Part shown: one piece after another, positions 48,301 to 59,555 of the stretch
Position numbering within the stretch: position 1 is the stretch's first letter
Layout: every line of letters starts with the position of its first letter
Source of the DNA: an uncultured Pseudomonadota bacterium
GTDB lineage: Bacteria; Myxococcota_A; Polyangia; Fen-1088
Length of the DNA stretch: 64,000 bases
Direction of reading: 5' to 3'
NCBI GenBank assembly: GCA_963847705.1
Contig: CAWKBC010000029.1
Coordinates: 128,001-192,000 of the forward strand
Notes under the pieces: generated by a model
Seen by the model: only the letters and a program-made list of their open reading frames with translations
The model's database searches: none
Told to the model about the DNA's origin: nothing
Translations under genes and position numbers: made by a program

Positions 48301-49722
48301 CTACTTCTTGTCGTGGAGGTCGCCGCCCTTGGCCGCCGCGGGCGTCTTGCGATCGGGCGCCGGCGCGACAGTCTTCGGCCCGGGCGCGCTTCCGTGCGCC
48401 GCCGGCTTGCCCGCGGTTGCCACCGGCGGCGCGATCTTCCCGTCGGCGTCGGCGAACACCAGCTCGCCGAACCGCGCCAGCGCGTGGAAGTCACCGACCA
48501 GCGGCGGGGACCATCCGGCCGCCTGCTGGGGCTTCCCCTTGGGCAGGTCCATCCGGTACATGTTGATGCGCCAGACGTCGCCCGGCTCGGGCGGCAGCCG
48601 CACCGCCGACTTGTCGTCCATCCCCTTGACGTCCTCGAGCGGAATCGCCAGCTCGGTGGTCCACCCCTTGTCCTGGTCGTCGCGCTTGTTGAGCGTCCCG
48701 TCGACGTGAACCTTGGCGATCATCTTCGAGTTCCAGGAGAACGGCTTCAGCTTGGGGTCGACCGTGTCCTCGTAGCGCCGCGGCGACGGCAGGTAGGTGT
48801 CGAAGATGTTCCCGTTGGGCGCCACCTGCAGCTCGATGTAGGTGCGGCCGTTGCCGTCGGCGTCGATCATCAGCTCGTCGGCCTCTTCGGTCCAGAGCTT
48901 GTCGTCGCGTTTCGTGAGGTCGGTCCAGACGTCGTCGTCGGTGTTCTCGAACCCGACGTAGAGGTTCTTCTTGTCCCAGAGCAGCTTGGCCTCGGTGTGC
49001 ATCAACGGCTGCACCGGTGCGCCGGTCATCGTGTTGACGAACGGGCCCGTCGACGGCGCCGCCGCCCAGACCGCCTCGTCGAGCTTCCCGTCGAGCTTGG
49101 GCGCCTGCCCCTTCGCCACGAAGCGCGCCAGGTAGCGCTTGCGGGTCTCGGCGACGGCTGCCGCGCGCACCGGGATCGACGCCGCCAGCACCCGCCCCTC
49201 GTTGTCGTGCGCCCCGCTCTTGATCGGCATCCGGGTGTCTCCCCGCCACAGGCCGACGTAGACCTCGACCACCGGGTAGCTCCAGCTGTCGGGCAGCTTG
49301 ACGGTGTGGATGTCGCGGATGATGTCCCCCGCCTTCCAGGCGCTGACCGGATACTTCCCCTGGATCGGCGTGTGGTCGGCGTTGATGTAGCTCTGCTTGC
49401 CCGGCCCCTCGAGGTGCGTGAACGTCTTCCAGCCGTCGCCGGGGGCGGCGACCACCTTCCAGTACTGCGTGAGCTTCAGATCCTTGCCCCCTTCGGCCGG
49501 CAGCGGGTCGACGTCGAGCCCGAGAAAGACCACCTTCCCGTCGAGATCGGCGTTCACCGCGTAGCGGGGGGCGGGGGGCGACGGCAGGAGGTTCTGCTTG
49601 GCGACGGCCAGATCGTCGGTGGAAGGCTTGTCGGCGTCCTGCTCGACGCAGGCGCCATGGACGAACACGATGGGCACGAACACCATCGGCACGACCGCCA
49701 ACCGGATCGCCAGAGTGCGCAT
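48301..49722 (-). CDS. Lipoprotein with carbohydrate-binding family 9-like domain
   Basis: HGAC lipobox; PKLDGKLDEAVW, KLLWDKKNLYV, WTTELAIP and WRINMYR motifs. Confidence 0.8.
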   Translation of the reverse strand: MRTLAIRLAVVPMVFVPIVFVHGACVEQDADKPSTDDLAVAKQNLLPSPPAPRYAVNADLDGKVVFLGLDVDPLPAEGGKDLKLTQYWKVVAAPGDGWKTFTHLEGPGKQSYINADHTPIQGKYPVSAWKAGDIIRDIHTVKLPDSWSYPVVEVYVGLWRGDTRMPIKSGAHDNEGRVLAASIPVRAAAVAETRKRYLARFVAKGQAPKLDGKLDEAVWAAAPSTGPFVNTMTGAPVQPLMHTEAKLLWDKKNLYVGFENTDDDVWTDLTKRDDKLWTEEADELMIDADGNGRTYIELQVAPNGNIFDTYLPSPRRYEDTVDPKLKPFSWNSKMIAKVHVDGTLNKRDDQDKGWTTELAIPLEDVKGMDDKSAVRLPPEPGDVWRINMYRMDLPKGKPQQAAGWSPPLVGDFHALARFGELVFADADGKIAPPVATAGKPAAHGSAPGPKTVAPAPDRKTPAAAKGGDLHDKK

Positions 49723-49798
49723 GCGGCCGTTTCTAACCAAGGGGGGGGCCGTTTGCAATGTCGCGGGACCCACCCGGCGCCGCCGGCGCCAGCCCGGT

Positions 49799-50491
49799 TC
49801 AGCCGCTCGGCGCGGTCGGAATCTGGTCGGGCGGCAGACCGCGCACGCCCCGCGCCGCGACCTCCAGGATGATCTCGGCGCGCGCCGTCGTCTCACGCAT
49901 GAAGAGGAAGATCCTGTCACCCAGCACCCGCCTGAGCTCGGGCGCCGGAACGCCGATCGCCTCCAGGCCGGCGTGGCGCGCCAGGTAGAGCGCCCGCGGC
50001 AGATGGTAGCGCTGCGAGACGACCAGCAGGGACCGCACGCCGGTCGCTGCGGCATCGGCCATGCTGGCCGCGGTTCGAAAGCCGCCGCGATCGATCACCA
50101 CGTCGCCCGGCGCGACGCCGCGGCTCTCCAACCAGGCGGCCATGGCGTCGGGCTCGTCGTAGCGCGGCCGCACCATTCCGGACACGATGATCCGGCGCGC
50201 CAACCCCGACCGATAGAGCTGGAGAGCGGTCTCCAGGCGCGCCGCGAGCTCCCACGAAGGGACGCCTCGCAGGACCTGGGCGCCGAGCACCAGGGCGTAG
50301 GGACGCGGCGGGATGCGGCTGAAGTCGGCGATGATCGCGTCGCGGCTGCCCGCGATGAGAGAGGCGTTGGCGGCGCCCACCAGCGCGATCAGCAGGACGG
50401 CCGCCAGCGCGAACCACTTCCCCCACCGCCCCTGCCCGGCCTTCCCCGCCTCGGTCGGGATCGCTTCCGCTGGGCGCGCGTCAGCCGGCAT
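49799..50491 (-). CDS. SanA/ElyC (DUF218) family protein
   Basis: ALVLGA, RLETA, IIVSG, YDEP, GFRT, SQRYHLPRALY and RE motifs. Confidence 0.88.
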   Translation of the reverse strand: MPADARPAEAIPTEAGKAGQGRWGKWFALAAVLLIALVGAANASLIAGSRDAIIADFSRIPPRPYALVLGAQVLRGVPSWELAARLETALQLYRSGLARRIIVSGMVRPRYDEPDAMAAWLESRGVAPGDVVIDRGGFRTAASMADAAATGVRSLLVVSQRYHLPRALYLARHAGLEAIGVPAPELRRVLGDRIFLFMRETTARAEIILEVAARGVRGLPPDQIPTAPSG

Positions 50492-51110
50492 CGCGGTAAA
50501 CCTTCGCCGCGCCGATGTGCCCCAGGCGGTGCCAGCGGACATATTGCCGCGACAGATGAAACAGGATCTCGTCGCGGCTCATCCCCTGCTCGACCACCCG
50601 GTCGACCCACTCGATGGCCACGTCGCGCGCGTCGGGCGGATGAAACAGGAAGGTGCGCCCGAAGATCGCCCGCTCGCCGTCCCAGATGACGCGCGCCTCG
50701 AACACGTCCCCGTCGGAGATCCCGGCGGTGTTGCGGCGCTCCAGCACCGAGAAGCGCGCGCCGCCCAGGAGATCGTCGATCTCCAGGACGCGATCGGCGG
50801 ACGAGGCGAGCTGGAACAGGCTCCGGTGGCTGGCGGCCAGGTGCGCCAGCGCGCGGCGCTCCTCGGCGGGCGCTTTTGCCGCGGACTCGACGGCGTGCGC
50901 GATCGGCACCTTGCCCCCCAGGCCCATCGACGGCCGCTCCAGCACGTACCACTCCAGGAACGACGCCATCCGCCCTTCGAACAGCTCAGCGTCGTCGTCG
51001 AACACCTTGCCGGCGCGGTCGAAGTACTCCTCGCGCGCGCGCATCGCCTCCAGCCGAAACTCCTTCTCGCTGTAGCGCTCCGTCAGCCGGTCGAGCAGCG
51101 CGTAGATCAT
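50481..51110 (-). CDS. Conserved hypothetical protein
   Basis: ATG 2 nt after the carA stop; protein-like composition (FLEWYVLER...FLFHP). Confidence 0.7.
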   Translation of the reverse strand: MIYALLDRLTERYSEKEFRLEAMRAREEYFDRAGKVFDDDAELFEGRMASFLEWYVLERPSMGLGGKVPIAHAVESAAKAPAEERRALAHLAASHRSLFQLASSADRVLEIDDLLGGARFSVLERRNTAGISDGDVFEARVIWDGERAIFGRTFLFHPPDARDVAIEWVDRVVEQGMSRDEILFHLSRQYVRWHRLGHIGAAKVYRDAG

Positions 51111-51112
51111 GC

Positions 51113-52300
51113 TCAGCGCCGGCGGCGCTCTTCCATCGCGACACGGAAGCGGTCGAAGAGGTAACCGGCGTCGTTGGGCCCGGGCGACGCCTCCGGGTGG
51201 TACTGCACGCTGAACACCGGCAGCGTCGCGTGGCGCATCCCCTCGACCGTCTTGTCGTTGAGGCTGACGTGCGAGAGCTCGGCCTTGCCCGCCAGCGAGT
51301 CGACGTCGACCGCGAAGCCGTGATTCTGCGAGGTGATCTCCACCTTGCGGGTGCCGAGATCCATCACCGGGTGGTTGGCGCCGTGGTGCCCGAACTTGAG
51401 CTTGTAGGTCTGGCCCCCCAGCGCCAGACCCAGGATCTGGTGGCCGAGGCAGATCCCGAACACCGGGAGCTTGCTGGCGCAGAGCTCGCGCGCCGCCTCG
51501 ACCGCGTAGTCGACCGCCGCCGGATCGCCGGGGCCGTTGGAGAGGAAGATCCCGTCGGGCTTCATCGCCAGCACCTCGCGCGCGGAGGTGGCCGCCGGCA
51601 CGACGCTCACCTTGCAGCCGGAGGAGCGGAGGTGGCGCAGGATGCCGCGCTTGATGCCGTAGTCGTAGGCGACGACGTGGTGACGCACCGGCGGCACCAC
51701 CACCGGGCCGCGGACCGGCGCGCGCGGCCCCTGCCAGAGCGGCTCGTCCCATTCATAGGCCGACGCGGAGGTGACCTCGCGGACCAGATCGCGCCCCTCC
51801 AGCGAGGGATGATTGCGCGCGCGCGCGACGGCGGCGGCCGGATCGCCGACGGCGCGGGTGATCACCGCCCGCTGCGCGCCCGAGAGCCGAATCCGCCGGG
51901 TGACCGCCCGGGTGTCGATGCCGGTGATGCCGGCGACGCCGTGGGCGGCCAGGAGCTCGTGCAGCGAGCCGGAGGCGCGCCAGTTGGAGACGACCGGTGA
52001 CAGCTCGCGCACCACGAAGCCCGCGCACCAGGGGCGCGAAGATTCGAAGTCGGTAGGGTTGATGCCGACGTTGCCGATCTCCGGCGCCGTCATGGTGACG
52101 ATCTGCCCGCGGTACGACGGGTCGGTCAGCACCTCTTGATAGCCGGTGATCGCCGTGTTGAAGACGATCTCCCCGGCGCCCGAGACGTCGCCGCCGTCCG
52201 CGGCGCCGAAGCCGAAGCCACGGTAGACGGTGCCGTCCTCCATCGCCAGCAGCGCCGGCGGCAGACTTGATGTTGAATCGTTCGAGGCGTCGACAGTCAC
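51113..52300 (-). CDS. carA: Carbamoyl-phosphate synthase small subunit
   Basis: GEIVFNT, TDPSY, SNGPGDP, GICLGHQ and QYHPE motifs; GTG start overlaps the pyrC stop. Confidence 0.96.
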   Translation of the reverse strand: MTVDASNDSTSSLPPALLAMEDGTVYRGFGFGAADGGDVSGAGEIVFNTAITGYQEVLTDPSYRGQIVTMTAPEIGNVGINPTDFESSRPWCAGFVVRELSPVVSNWRASGSLHELLAAHGVAGITGIDTRAVTRRIRLSGAQRAVITRAVGDPAAAVARARNHPSLEGRDLVREVTSASAYEWDEPLWQGPRAPVRGPVVVPPVRHHVVAYDYGIKRGILRHLRSSGCKVSVVPAATSAREVLAMKPDGIFLSNGPGDPAAVDYAVEAARELCASKLPVFGICLGHQILGLALGGQTYKLKFGHHGANHPVMDLGTRKVEITSQNHGFAVDVDSLAGKAELSHVSLNDKTVEGMRHATLPVFSVQYHPEASPGPNDAGYLFDRFRVAMEERRRR

Positions 52301-53589
52301 GAGATGTTCTCCCCGGAGTAGACGATAGCACCGCCGACGATGGTCAACACCGCCCGTCCCAAAAGCGCGCGGCCGGCAAAAGGGGTGTTGCGCGAGCGCG
52401 AGCGGATCGCCGCCGGCTCGCAGGTCCAGGCGGCCTCCGGATCGACGACGGTCACGTCGGCCGGCGCCCCGGCGCCGAGCGAGCCCCCCGGCAGGCGGAA
52501 CAGCGCGGCCGGCGCGGCCGAGAGCCGGGTCACGAAGGCCGCCGGCGTGAGCAGCCTGGCGCGGACGAGGTCGAGCACCAGCGGCACCGCCGTCTCGAGG
52601 CCGATGATCCCGAACGCCGCCTGCTCGAACTCGACCTCTTTTTCGACCGGCGAGTGGGGCGCGTGGTCGGTGGCCACCGCGTCGATGGTCCCGTCGGCGA
52701 GCGCCGCTCGCAGCGCCTCCACGTCGGCCGCCGCGCGCAACGGCGGGTTGCACTTGGCGTGCGTGTCGTAGTGGGCGCAGGCCTCATCGGTCAGCGTCAG
52801 GTGGTGGGGCGTGACCTCGCAGGAGACCGGCAGCCCGCGCCGCTTCGCCTCGCGCACGAGGCGCACCGAATCGGCGCTGCTCACGTGCGCCACGTGGTAG
52901 CGCGCGCCGGTCAGCGCGCAGAGCTCGAGGTCGCGCGCCACCATCGCCGACTCCGCCGAGGAGGGCTGGGCGCGGATGCCGGCCCGCGTGGAGACCGCCC
53001 CTTCGTTCATGGCCCCGCCCGCCGACAGGGTGAGATCCTCGCAGTGCTGCACGATGGTGAGATCGAAGGTGCGCGCATACTCCATCGCCCGGCGCATCAG
53101 CTCGGCGTTCATCACCGGCCTGCCGTCGTCCGAGACCGCGACGCAGCCGGCCTCCTTGAGCTCGCCCATCTCGGCCAGCTGCTCGCCGCCGAGGCCCTTG
53201 GTGATGGCGCCGACCGGGTAGACCCGCACCACGCCCGCCTGCCGGGCGCGGTTGATGATGAGCTCGGTCACCGCGCGGCTGTCGTTGGGCGGCGTGGTGT
53301 TCGGCATCGCACAGACGGCCGTGAACCCGCCGGCCGCCGCCGAGCGCGTCCCGGTGGCGATGTCCTCTTTGTACTCCTGCCCCGGCTCGCGCAGGTGGGT
53401 GTGCAGATCGATGAGCCCGGGCATGACCCAGCGCCCGCGCACGTCGACGACCCGAACGCCCGAGCCGACGCGGGCGGCGATCCCGGGGGCGACTTCGGCG
53501 ACGACGCCGTCCTTCAACAGAACGTCCGCCTCGGCGTCAAAACTCCGCCGAGGATCGAGGACCCGGCCGCCGCGCAGACAGAGATCCAT
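52297..53589 (-). CDS. pyrC: Dihydroorotase
   Basis: [25 protein letters not shown] and ATDHAPH motifs. Confidence 0.96.
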   Translation of the reverse strand: MDLCLRGGRVLDPRRSFDAEADVLLKDGVVAEVAPGIAARVGSGVRVVDVRGRWVMPGLIDLHTHLREPGQEYKEDIATGTRSAAAGGFTAVCAMPNTTPPNDSRAVTELIINRARQAGVVRVYPVGAITKGLGGEQLAEMGELKEAGCVAVSDDGRPVMNAELMRRAMEYARTFDLTIVQHCEDLTLSAGGAMNEGAVSTRAGIRAQPSSAESAMVARDLELCALTGARYHVAHVSSADSVRLVREAKRRGLPVSCEVTPHHLTLTDEACAHYDTHAKCNPPLRAAADVEALRAALADGTIDAVATDHAPHSPVEKEVEFEQAAFGIIGLETAVPLVLDLVRARLLTPAAFVTRLSAAPAALFRLPGGSLGAGAPADVTVVDPEAAWTCEPAAIRSRSRNTPFAGRALLGRAVLTIVGGAIVYSGENIS

Positions 53590-53732
53590 TTGCCGGGTCC
53601 CCTTGTTAGGGGGTTACCGCGCCTCAGTCAACCGGTTTCAATCCATCGGGGACCCTGAGAGGGTCCCCGTGCCCCCGCCCCACGGACTTCGCGCGGCGGA
53701 GCGGCGCTCCGTCCACGCGATGTTCCTTCTCC

Positions 53733-54272
53733 TCATGCGCGGTCGACGAACAGCCGCAGCCGCTTGAACCAGATCAATTTGCTCTCGAAGCCCGGAAAGC
53801 TGGCGTTGAGCCCGCTCGGGTTGGGGACCACGAAGACACGCGACCCGGCGATCGTCTCGCGCTTCGCGCCGGGACCCGGGCCGGCCGCGATGCCGAAGTA
53901 GGTCCGGTAGAGGCTGACGCCGACCAGCGCCACCACCGCCGGCCGCCAGGCGGCGATCTTGCGCTCCAGCACGACCTGCCCCCGGGCGAGCTCGGCGCGG
54001 GTCAGCTCGGCCGCCGTGCGGGTCGTGCGCGGGCACAGGTTGGTGAGCGCAATGCCGAACTCCGCCAGCCGCTGATCCTCGGAGTAGTCGATGAGCACCG
54101 GCGTCAGCCGCGCCGCATGCAGCAGCCGCCAGAACGGGTTCCCGTTGCCGGCGAAGTGGTGCCCCACCGCGCCCGACCGGCGCCCGGGGTTGATCCCGAC
54201 CAGCAACAGCCGCGGCCGATCGACGACAACGTCCTGGAGAAGCTGGACTCGACCGCTCGACGCCTTTGCCAA
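53733..54272 (-). CDS. mug: G/U mismatch-specific DNA glycosylase
   Basis: VGINPG, GHHFAG.GN.FW and PNPSG motifs. Confidence 0.92.
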   Translation of the reverse strand: MAKASSGRVQLLQDVVVDRPRLLLVGINPGRRSGAVGHHFAGNGNPFWRLLHAARLTPVLIDYSEDQRLAEFGIALTNLCPRTTRTAAELTRAELARGQVVLERKIAAWRPAVVALVGVSLYRTYFGIAAGPGPGAKRETIAGSRVFVVPNPSGLNASFPGFESKLIWFKRLRLFVDRA

Positions 54273-54301
54273 GGGACCAGTACATGACCATAATTATGAC
54301 C

Positions 54302-54541
54302 ATGTTGAAGGTCAACATTCACGAGGCGAAGGCCAACCTCTCCAAGTACATCGCGGCTGCCGGGCGTGGTGAGATGGTCGTCATCTGCCACCGCAATCTC
54401 CCCGTCGCCGAGCTCCGCCCCCTCCCCCGCGCCCGGACGAGACCGCGACCCGTCGGCCTGGCGCGCGGCGAATTCAAGATTCCGCGCAGCTTCTTCGAGC
54501 CGCTTCCCGACCAGGTCGTGGCCGGCTTCCACGGCGAATGA
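54302..54541 (+). CDS. Phd/YefM family antitoxin
   Basis: VNIHEAKANLSKYI...GEMVVICHRNLPVAEL; palindrome cataattatg upstream. Confidence 0.9.
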   Translation: MLKVNIHEAKANLSKYIAAAGRGEMVVICHRNLPVAELRPLPRARTRPRPVGLARGEFKIPRSFFEPLPDQVVAGFHGE

Positions 54542-54924
54542 AGCTGCTCCTCGACACCTGCACCCTGCTCTGGATCGCCACCGCCGACCGGGCGCTCTCG
54601 CGCACCGCGCGCGAGGCGTTCGCCGATCCGGAGAACGCCGTCTATTTGAGCGCGATCTCCGTCTGGGAGATCGCGCTCAAACACTCACTCGGAAAGCTGC
54701 CGTTGCCGAGACCTCCGATGGTGCTCATTCCCGACCTGCGGGCGCGGCACCAGATCGAATCGCTCCCGCTCGACGAACGGGCCACGCTGGCGGTCGCCCA
54801 GCTGCCCAGCCTCCACCGAGATCCCTTCGATCGAATGCTGATCTGTCAGACGATCATGGGTGGGCTCACGCTGCTCACGCCTGATCCGCTGATCACGCAG
54901 TACGCCGTTCCGACGCTCTGGTGA
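54538..54924 (+). CDS. vapC: PIN-domain toxin (VapC family)
   Basis: LLLDTCTLLW, SAISVWEI and HRDPFDRML motifs; ATGA overlap with the antitoxin. Confidence 0.93.
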   Translation: MKLLLDTCTLLWIATADRALSRTAREAFADPENAVYLSAISVWEIALKHSLGKLPLPRPPMVLIPDLRARHQIESLPLDERATLAVAQLPSLHRDPFDRMLICQTIMGGLTLLTPDPLITQYAVPTLW

Positions 54925-54931
54925 GCGCGGT

Positions 54932-55882
54932 CTACTCGGACGGGCCGGCGTCGCCGCCGGCCAGGAGGTAAAGGACGGCCATCCGGATGGCGACGCCGCG
55001 GGCGACCTGATCGAGAATGACGGCGCGCGGGCCGTCGGCCACCGCGGGGTCGATCTCGATGCCGCGGTTGATCGGGCCGGGGTGCATGACGATGGCGTCG
55101 GGCTTGGCCAGCGCCAGCCGGCGCGGGTTGAGGCCGAAGTAACGCGAGTACTCGCGGGTGTTGGGGAAGAGCGCGCCGCCGATGCGCTCCTTCTGGATGC
55201 GCAACATCATGATGACGTCGGCCCCCTCCAGCGCCGGCTCCAGCCGCTCGTGGATCGACACGCTTCCGGGCGTGCCCATCGCCTCCAGCCCGGGCGCCAG
55301 CAGCGTGCGCGGCGCGACGATCCGGACCCGCGCCCCCATCTTGGTGAACGCCCAGATGTTCGAGCGCGCCACCCGGCTGTGGCGGATGTCGCCGCAGATG
55401 ACGATGTCGAGCCCCTCGAGCCGCCCCTTGTGCTTGCGGATGGTCGAGCAGTCGAGCAGCGCCTGGGTCGGGTGCTCGTGCGCGCCGTCGCCCGCGTTGA
55501 CCACCCCCGCGTGCAGCCGCGCGGCGAGCATCTCGGCGGCGCCGGCCTGGGCGTGGCGCACCACCACCACGTCGGGGGCCATCGCGTCCAGGTTCCGCGC
55601 GGTGTCCAGCAGCGTCTCGCCCTTGACCGTCGACGACGCCGAGCCCGAGATGTTCACCGCGTCGGCCGACAGCCGCTTGGCGGCGATCTCGAACGACGTC
55701 CGCGTGCGGGTCGACGGCTCGAGGAACAGGTTGATGACCGTCTTGCCGCGCAGGGTCGGCACCTTTTTGATCGGGCGCTCGTTGATCTCCAGGAACCGGT
55801 CCCCCAGATCGAGCAGCATGGCGATCTCCGCGGCGCTGAGCGACTCCATCCCCAGCAGGTGCCGGTGCGCGAACCCGGTCAC
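54932..55882 (-). CDS. pyrB: Aspartate carbamoyltransferase catalytic subunit
   Basis: [27 protein letters not shown] and MHPGP motifs. Confidence 0.97.
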   Translation of the reverse strand: MTGFAHRHLLGMESLSAAEIAMLLDLGDRFLEINERPIKKVPTLRGKTVINLFLEPSTRTRTSFEIAAKRLSADAVNISGSASSTVKGETLLDTARNLDAMAPDVVVVRHAQAGAAEMLAARLHAGVVNAGDGAHEHPTQALLDCSTIRKHKGRLEGLDIVICGDIRHSRVARSNIWAFTKMGARVRIVAPRTLLAPGLEAMGTPGSVSIHERLEPALEGADVIMMLRIQKERIGGALFPNTREYSRYFGLNPRRLALAKPDAIVMHPGPINRGIEIDPAVADGPRAVILDQVARGVAIRMAVLYLLAGGDAGPSE

Positions 55883-56457
55883 GAGCGCCGCTCGCGCAGG
55901 ACCACCCGGTCCCCCTCGTTCCGCTCGGACAGCATCACGCGCACCGACTCGCTCGCCGTGGTGTCGACGACCACGCCGACGACGTCGGGCTGAATCGGCA
56001 GCTCGCGCCGGCCGCGATCGACCAGCGTCGCCAGCTTGACCGCGCGCGGACGGCCATAGTCGGCCAGCACGTCCATCGCCGCGCGGATGGTCCGGCCGGT
56101 GAAGAGGACGTCGTCCACCAGGACCACCGTGCGCCCGTCGATCGGCTCGGGGAGCTCGGTGGGGCCGATCTCCGGCTTGGGCAGCCCGCGAAAGACGTCG
56201 TCGCGGTAGAGCGAGATGTCGACCGCGCCCAGCAGCGGCCGCGGCTCGCCCGCCTCGGCCAGCAGGCCGCAGAGGCGCTGGGCCAGGTAGGCGCCGCCGG
56301 TCCGCACACCGACCAGATAGAGCGGCCGCTCCTCCTGGGGGATCCGCTCGGCGAGCTCCAGCGCCATGCGCCGCAGCGTGCGCCCCAGACCGGCGCCGTC
56401 GAGAATCTCACGGCGCTCGAGGAGGTCGCTGTCGGGAGGCGGCAAACGTGGGGTCAT
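55879..56457 (-). CDS. pyrR: Pyrimidine regulatory protein / UPRTase
   Basis: [24 protein letters not shown] and DRGRRELPI motifs. Confidence 0.95.
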   Translation of the reverse strand: MTPRLPPPDSDLLERREILDGAGLGRTLRRMALELAERIPQEERPLYLVGVRTGGAYLAQRLCGLLAEAGEPRPLLGAVDISLYRDDVFRGLPKPEIGPTELPEPIDGRTVVLVDDVLFTGRTIRAAMDVLADYGRPRAVKLATLVDRGRRELPIQPDVVGVVVDTTASESVRVMLSERNEGDRVVLRERRS

Positions 56458-56473
56458 GGATGAAGCTTCCTCA

Positions 56474-57313
56474 TCAGAAGTAATACCGCACGTCGATGGT
56501 GGAGAGCGCGTCCCAGATGCTCCCACCGCCGAGCACGCCGACCGACCAGAGATGCCCCGCGGGCGCCCGCTCGTACAGGACCTGGGCGCCCGCCTGGAGG
56601 CTGATCGAGAGCGCCGGGACACCGATGAACCCGAAGTGCAGCTCTCCCTCGATCGACGCGCGCAGCTGGAACAGCGTCGTGCTGCCGGTGTCGCTCCCGG
56701 CGGGACGGAACCAGACCACCGCCAGCTCGGGGCTGGCCCCGATCGCCAGGTGCTTCCAGTTGGCGAGCAGCAGCGTCATCCCCACGATCGGTCCGACGCC
56801 GAGATAGGTGTCGAGGTCCTGGCCGCCGAGCGAGCCGCCCCCGGTCCCCAGCACCAGGTACCCGTTGAGCGCCACGTTGCGGCTCATCCAGTACCGGGCC
56901 CCGAGCGCCCCGAGGCTCACCGTGCAGGGGGTGGTGGTCAGGTCGGCCGCGCATCCCTGCCCCGGCCGCAGCGCCAGCGGCAGCGGCCCCGGATCCAGAC
57001 GCCGGGCCGTCACGCCGACACGACCGACCACGGCGTCATGATCGGACGCGGCGGGCGTCTCGTCGCTGGTGGGGATTGGCCCCGCGCCGACGGTGGCCTC
57101 CGCGCTGGGCGGCGCGACGGTCGGCGCCGCCACCGCCGCCGGCGGCGCGGGCGGCGCGACGATCGTCTCGGGCGGGGCGACGCCCGCCGCCACGGGTGGC
57201 GTGGTGGGGGCAGCGGTGACCGGCGGCGGCGCCGTCTGCTGCGCGCGCAGCGGCGCGGCGCAGAGAAGCAGGGCCGCGAGCGACCCGAGCCCCACCCGCC
57301 TTGCGCCCGTCAT
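56474..57313 (-). CDS. Predicted outer-membrane beta-barrel protein
   Basis: Signal peptide, Pro/Ala linker and C-terminal VRYYF BAM-type signature. Confidence 0.72.
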   Translation of the reverse strand: MTGARRVGLGSLAALLLCAAPLRAQQTAPPPVTAAPTTPPVAAGVAPPETIVAPPAPPAAVAAPTVAPPSAEATVGAGPIPTSDETPAASDHDAVVGRVGVTARRLDPGPLPLALRPGQGCAADLTTTPCTVSLGALGARYWMSRNVALNGYLVLGTGGGSLGGQDLDTYLGVGPIVGMTLLLANWKHLAIGASPELAVVWFRPAGSDTGSTTLFQLRASIEGELHFGFIGVPALSISLQAGAQVLYERAPAGHLWSVGVLGGGSIWDALSTIDVRYYF

Positions 57314-57345
57314 CCCCTGCCTTCGGTGCGTCGCCTGCACGCCTC

Positions 57346-58731
57346 TTAGGTTCCGGTCTGCCCGAGGCAGATGCTCGCAGGTTGGGTGCCCGCCGGCGAA
57401 GAGCAGACGAACCCCGGGCGGGTGCACATCAGCGCGCCGGCGTCCGACCCGATCTGGCAGCCGGCGTAGCAGGCGTGCAGCGGAGCGTCGGGGGCGCCAC
57501 GCTGGACGCAGGTGCTGCCGGCGCCGACGCACAGATCGACGGCGGGGGTGCTGGGCCCGGGGTTCGGCGCGCAGCCGAAGGTCTGGCAGTAGCCGCCGGG
57601 GAAGCGCGTGCCGCCGGAGCAGACGCCGCCCAGCATGCAGCCGGAATCCATCGTGCAGGCCGAGCCCGGAACCGCCGCCTTGTCGTAACAGAGCCCGTGG
57701 GTGGCGTCGCAGGTGTCGGAGCCGTTGGCCAGCGCCACGCAGTCCGCGTCGATCCCGCAGCCGCTCACGGCGACGGGGACGAACAGCGTCTGGCATTCGC
57801 CAGCCACCACGTCGTCCGTCGGATCCGAGGGCGTCCCGTTGTTGTTCTGCACCAGGCGCGTGCACATCTGATCCGGACCGCAGTCGCTGTTGACCGCGCA
57901 GACCGACGAGCAGTAGGTCCGGTTCGTGAGGCCGTTGAGCCTGAACTGGCGGTCGAAGCAGGCGCCGCTGAGGCAGTCGGCGTTGCTGGAGCACGCCTGT
58001 CCGACCGTCTTGATGCCGCCCGCCGGCAAGGCCTTGCAGACGGTCAGCGCCGTGCGCGCCCCGTAGGGCACACACCCCTGAGGAGCTCCGCCATCGGCCT
58101 GCTTCGACTGGCAGTCGCTCTCGCGCGCGCAGGAGGTGGCCGCGATCTTCGACGAGGGCGTGCAATACCCGACCTTGGCGGTCGAGCCGTCGGGGGCGGG
58201 CACGGTGGTGTACTCGAGGCAGCTGGACGCCGTGGGGCAGTCGGCGTCGTTGCGGCACATGGTGCTGCAGAACGAGCCGGGGACATCGGGAGAGGTGACG
58301 CAGAGCGAGTCGTCCGCACAGTGCATCCCTGCCGTACTGGTCGAGCAGGGAGCCCCGTAGGCCAGCGCGCCCGAGGCCGGCGCCACGCAGGTGAGCTGGA
58401 AGGCGTTCCCGGCCGGGACCGGCGCGCCGACGATGCAGACGCGGCCGCTGTTGCAGATCGAATCGGCGCCCGACGTCGCGTAGGCATTCGAGGGCAGCGA
58501 GCTGGTGGTCTGGAGCGTGCCGCAGAAGTTGATCGGACAGACGCCGCCGCCCATGGCGTCGGCCGCGCAGTAGTAGTCAACCGCCTGCGCGTCCCGCTGG
58601 GGCGGCGAGAAGTCCATGCCGGCGTCGTGGGGCCGGCTGCCGGCCGCGGGACTGGAACAACCGAAAAGCGCGGTCGAGGCCAGGAGCGGCACGAGCAGAA
58701 GGGACGGCACCGCAAGCGAAGTGGTCTTCAT
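57346..58731 (-). CDS. Cys-rich repeat lipoprotein
   Basis: LFGC lipobox and many CxxxxDC modules. Confidence 0.8.
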   Translation of the reverse strand: MKTTSLAVPSLLLVPLLASTALFGCSSPAAGSRPHDAGMDFSPPQRDAQAVDYYCAADAMGGGVCPINFCGTLQTTSSLPSNAYATSGADSICNSGRVCIVGAPVPAGNAFQLTCVAPASGALAYGAPCSTSTAGMHCADDSLCVTSPDVPGSFCSTMCRNDADCPTASSCLEYTTVPAPDGSTAKVGYCTPSSKIAATSCARESDCQSKQADGGAPQGCVPYGARTALTVCKALPAGGIKTVGQACSSNADCLSGACFDRQFRLNGLTNRTYCSSVCAVNSDCGPDQMCTRLVQNNNGTPSDPTDDVVAGECQTLFVPVAVSGCGIDADCVALANGSDTCDATHGLCYDKAAVPGSACTMDSGCMLGGVCSGGTRFPGGYCQTFGCAPNPGPSTPAVDLCVGAGSTCVQRGAPDAPLHACYAGCQIGSDAGALMCTRPGFVCSSPAGTQPASICLGQTGT

Positions 58732-58780
58732 AAGGTCGCGCGACGATTATGCCAGCTTCCCGTGTAATGATGAAGCCGTC

Positions 58781-59527
58781 GTGCTCGCCGACCCCACCGC
58801 CGCGATCCTGGTCATCGGGAACGAGATCCTCTCGGGAAAAGTCGCCGACGAAAACGCCCGCTATCTGATCGGCGAGCTGCGCCGGCTGGGCGTCTCGCTC
58901 CGCCGCATCGAGGTCATCCCCGACGTGGTCGCCGAGATCGCGGCGCGGGTGCGCGCGCTCGCCGGCACCGTCGACCACCTGTTCACCTCGGGGGGCGTGG
59001 GGCCGACCCACGACGACGTGACGCTGGAGGCGGTGGGAGAGGCGTTCGGCATGCCGATCGCGCGCAACGCGGAGCTCGAACGGATGCTGCGGAACGGCTA
59101 CGGCCCGCGCCTGCAGGAGCGCGACCTGCGCATGGCCGACATCCCCGTGGGCGCCCGCCTCGAGCATGGACCCGACGCCCTCGGCGCGACCTGGCCGGTG
59201 GTGGTGGTCCGCAACGTCTGGATACTCCCCGGCGTGCCGTCGATCTTCCGGCGCAAGTTCGAGGCCGTGCGCGAGCTCTTCCGGGCGCCGCCGATTCACG
59301 GGCGGGCGCTCTACTCGCGGGCGGGCGAAGGCGAGATCGCCGGCGCGCTCGACGAGACGGTCGCCCAGTTCGGGGCCGCGGGGGTGGAGGTCGGCTCCTA
59401 CCCGCACCTCGACGCCGCCGATTACCGCGTGAAGATCACCCTCGACGGGCGCGACCCGGCCGCCGTGGACGGCGCGCTGGCCTTCCTGGCCGAGCGCCTG
59501 GGAGACGCCGTCGCAAAGACTGAGTGA
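58781..59527 (+). CDS. Molybdopterin-binding domain protein (CinA-N/FAD synthase-like)
   Basis: ILVIGNEILSG, SGGVGPTHDDVT and LPGVP motifs. Confidence 0.9.
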   Translation: MLADPTAAILVIGNEILSGKVADENARYLIGELRRLGVSLRRIEVIPDVVAEIAARVRALAGTVDHLFTSGGVGPTHDDVTLEAVGEAFGMPIARNAELERMLRNGYGPRLQERDLRMADIPVGARLEHGPDALGATWPVVVVRNVWILPGVPSIFRRKFEAVRELFRAPPIHGRALYSRAGEGEIAGALDETVAQFGAAGVEVGSYPHLDAADYRVKITLDGRDPAAVDGALAFLAERLGDAVAKTE

Positions 59528-59555
59528 CCTTCCGGCTGCGTGGTAAAAGTCGGCC

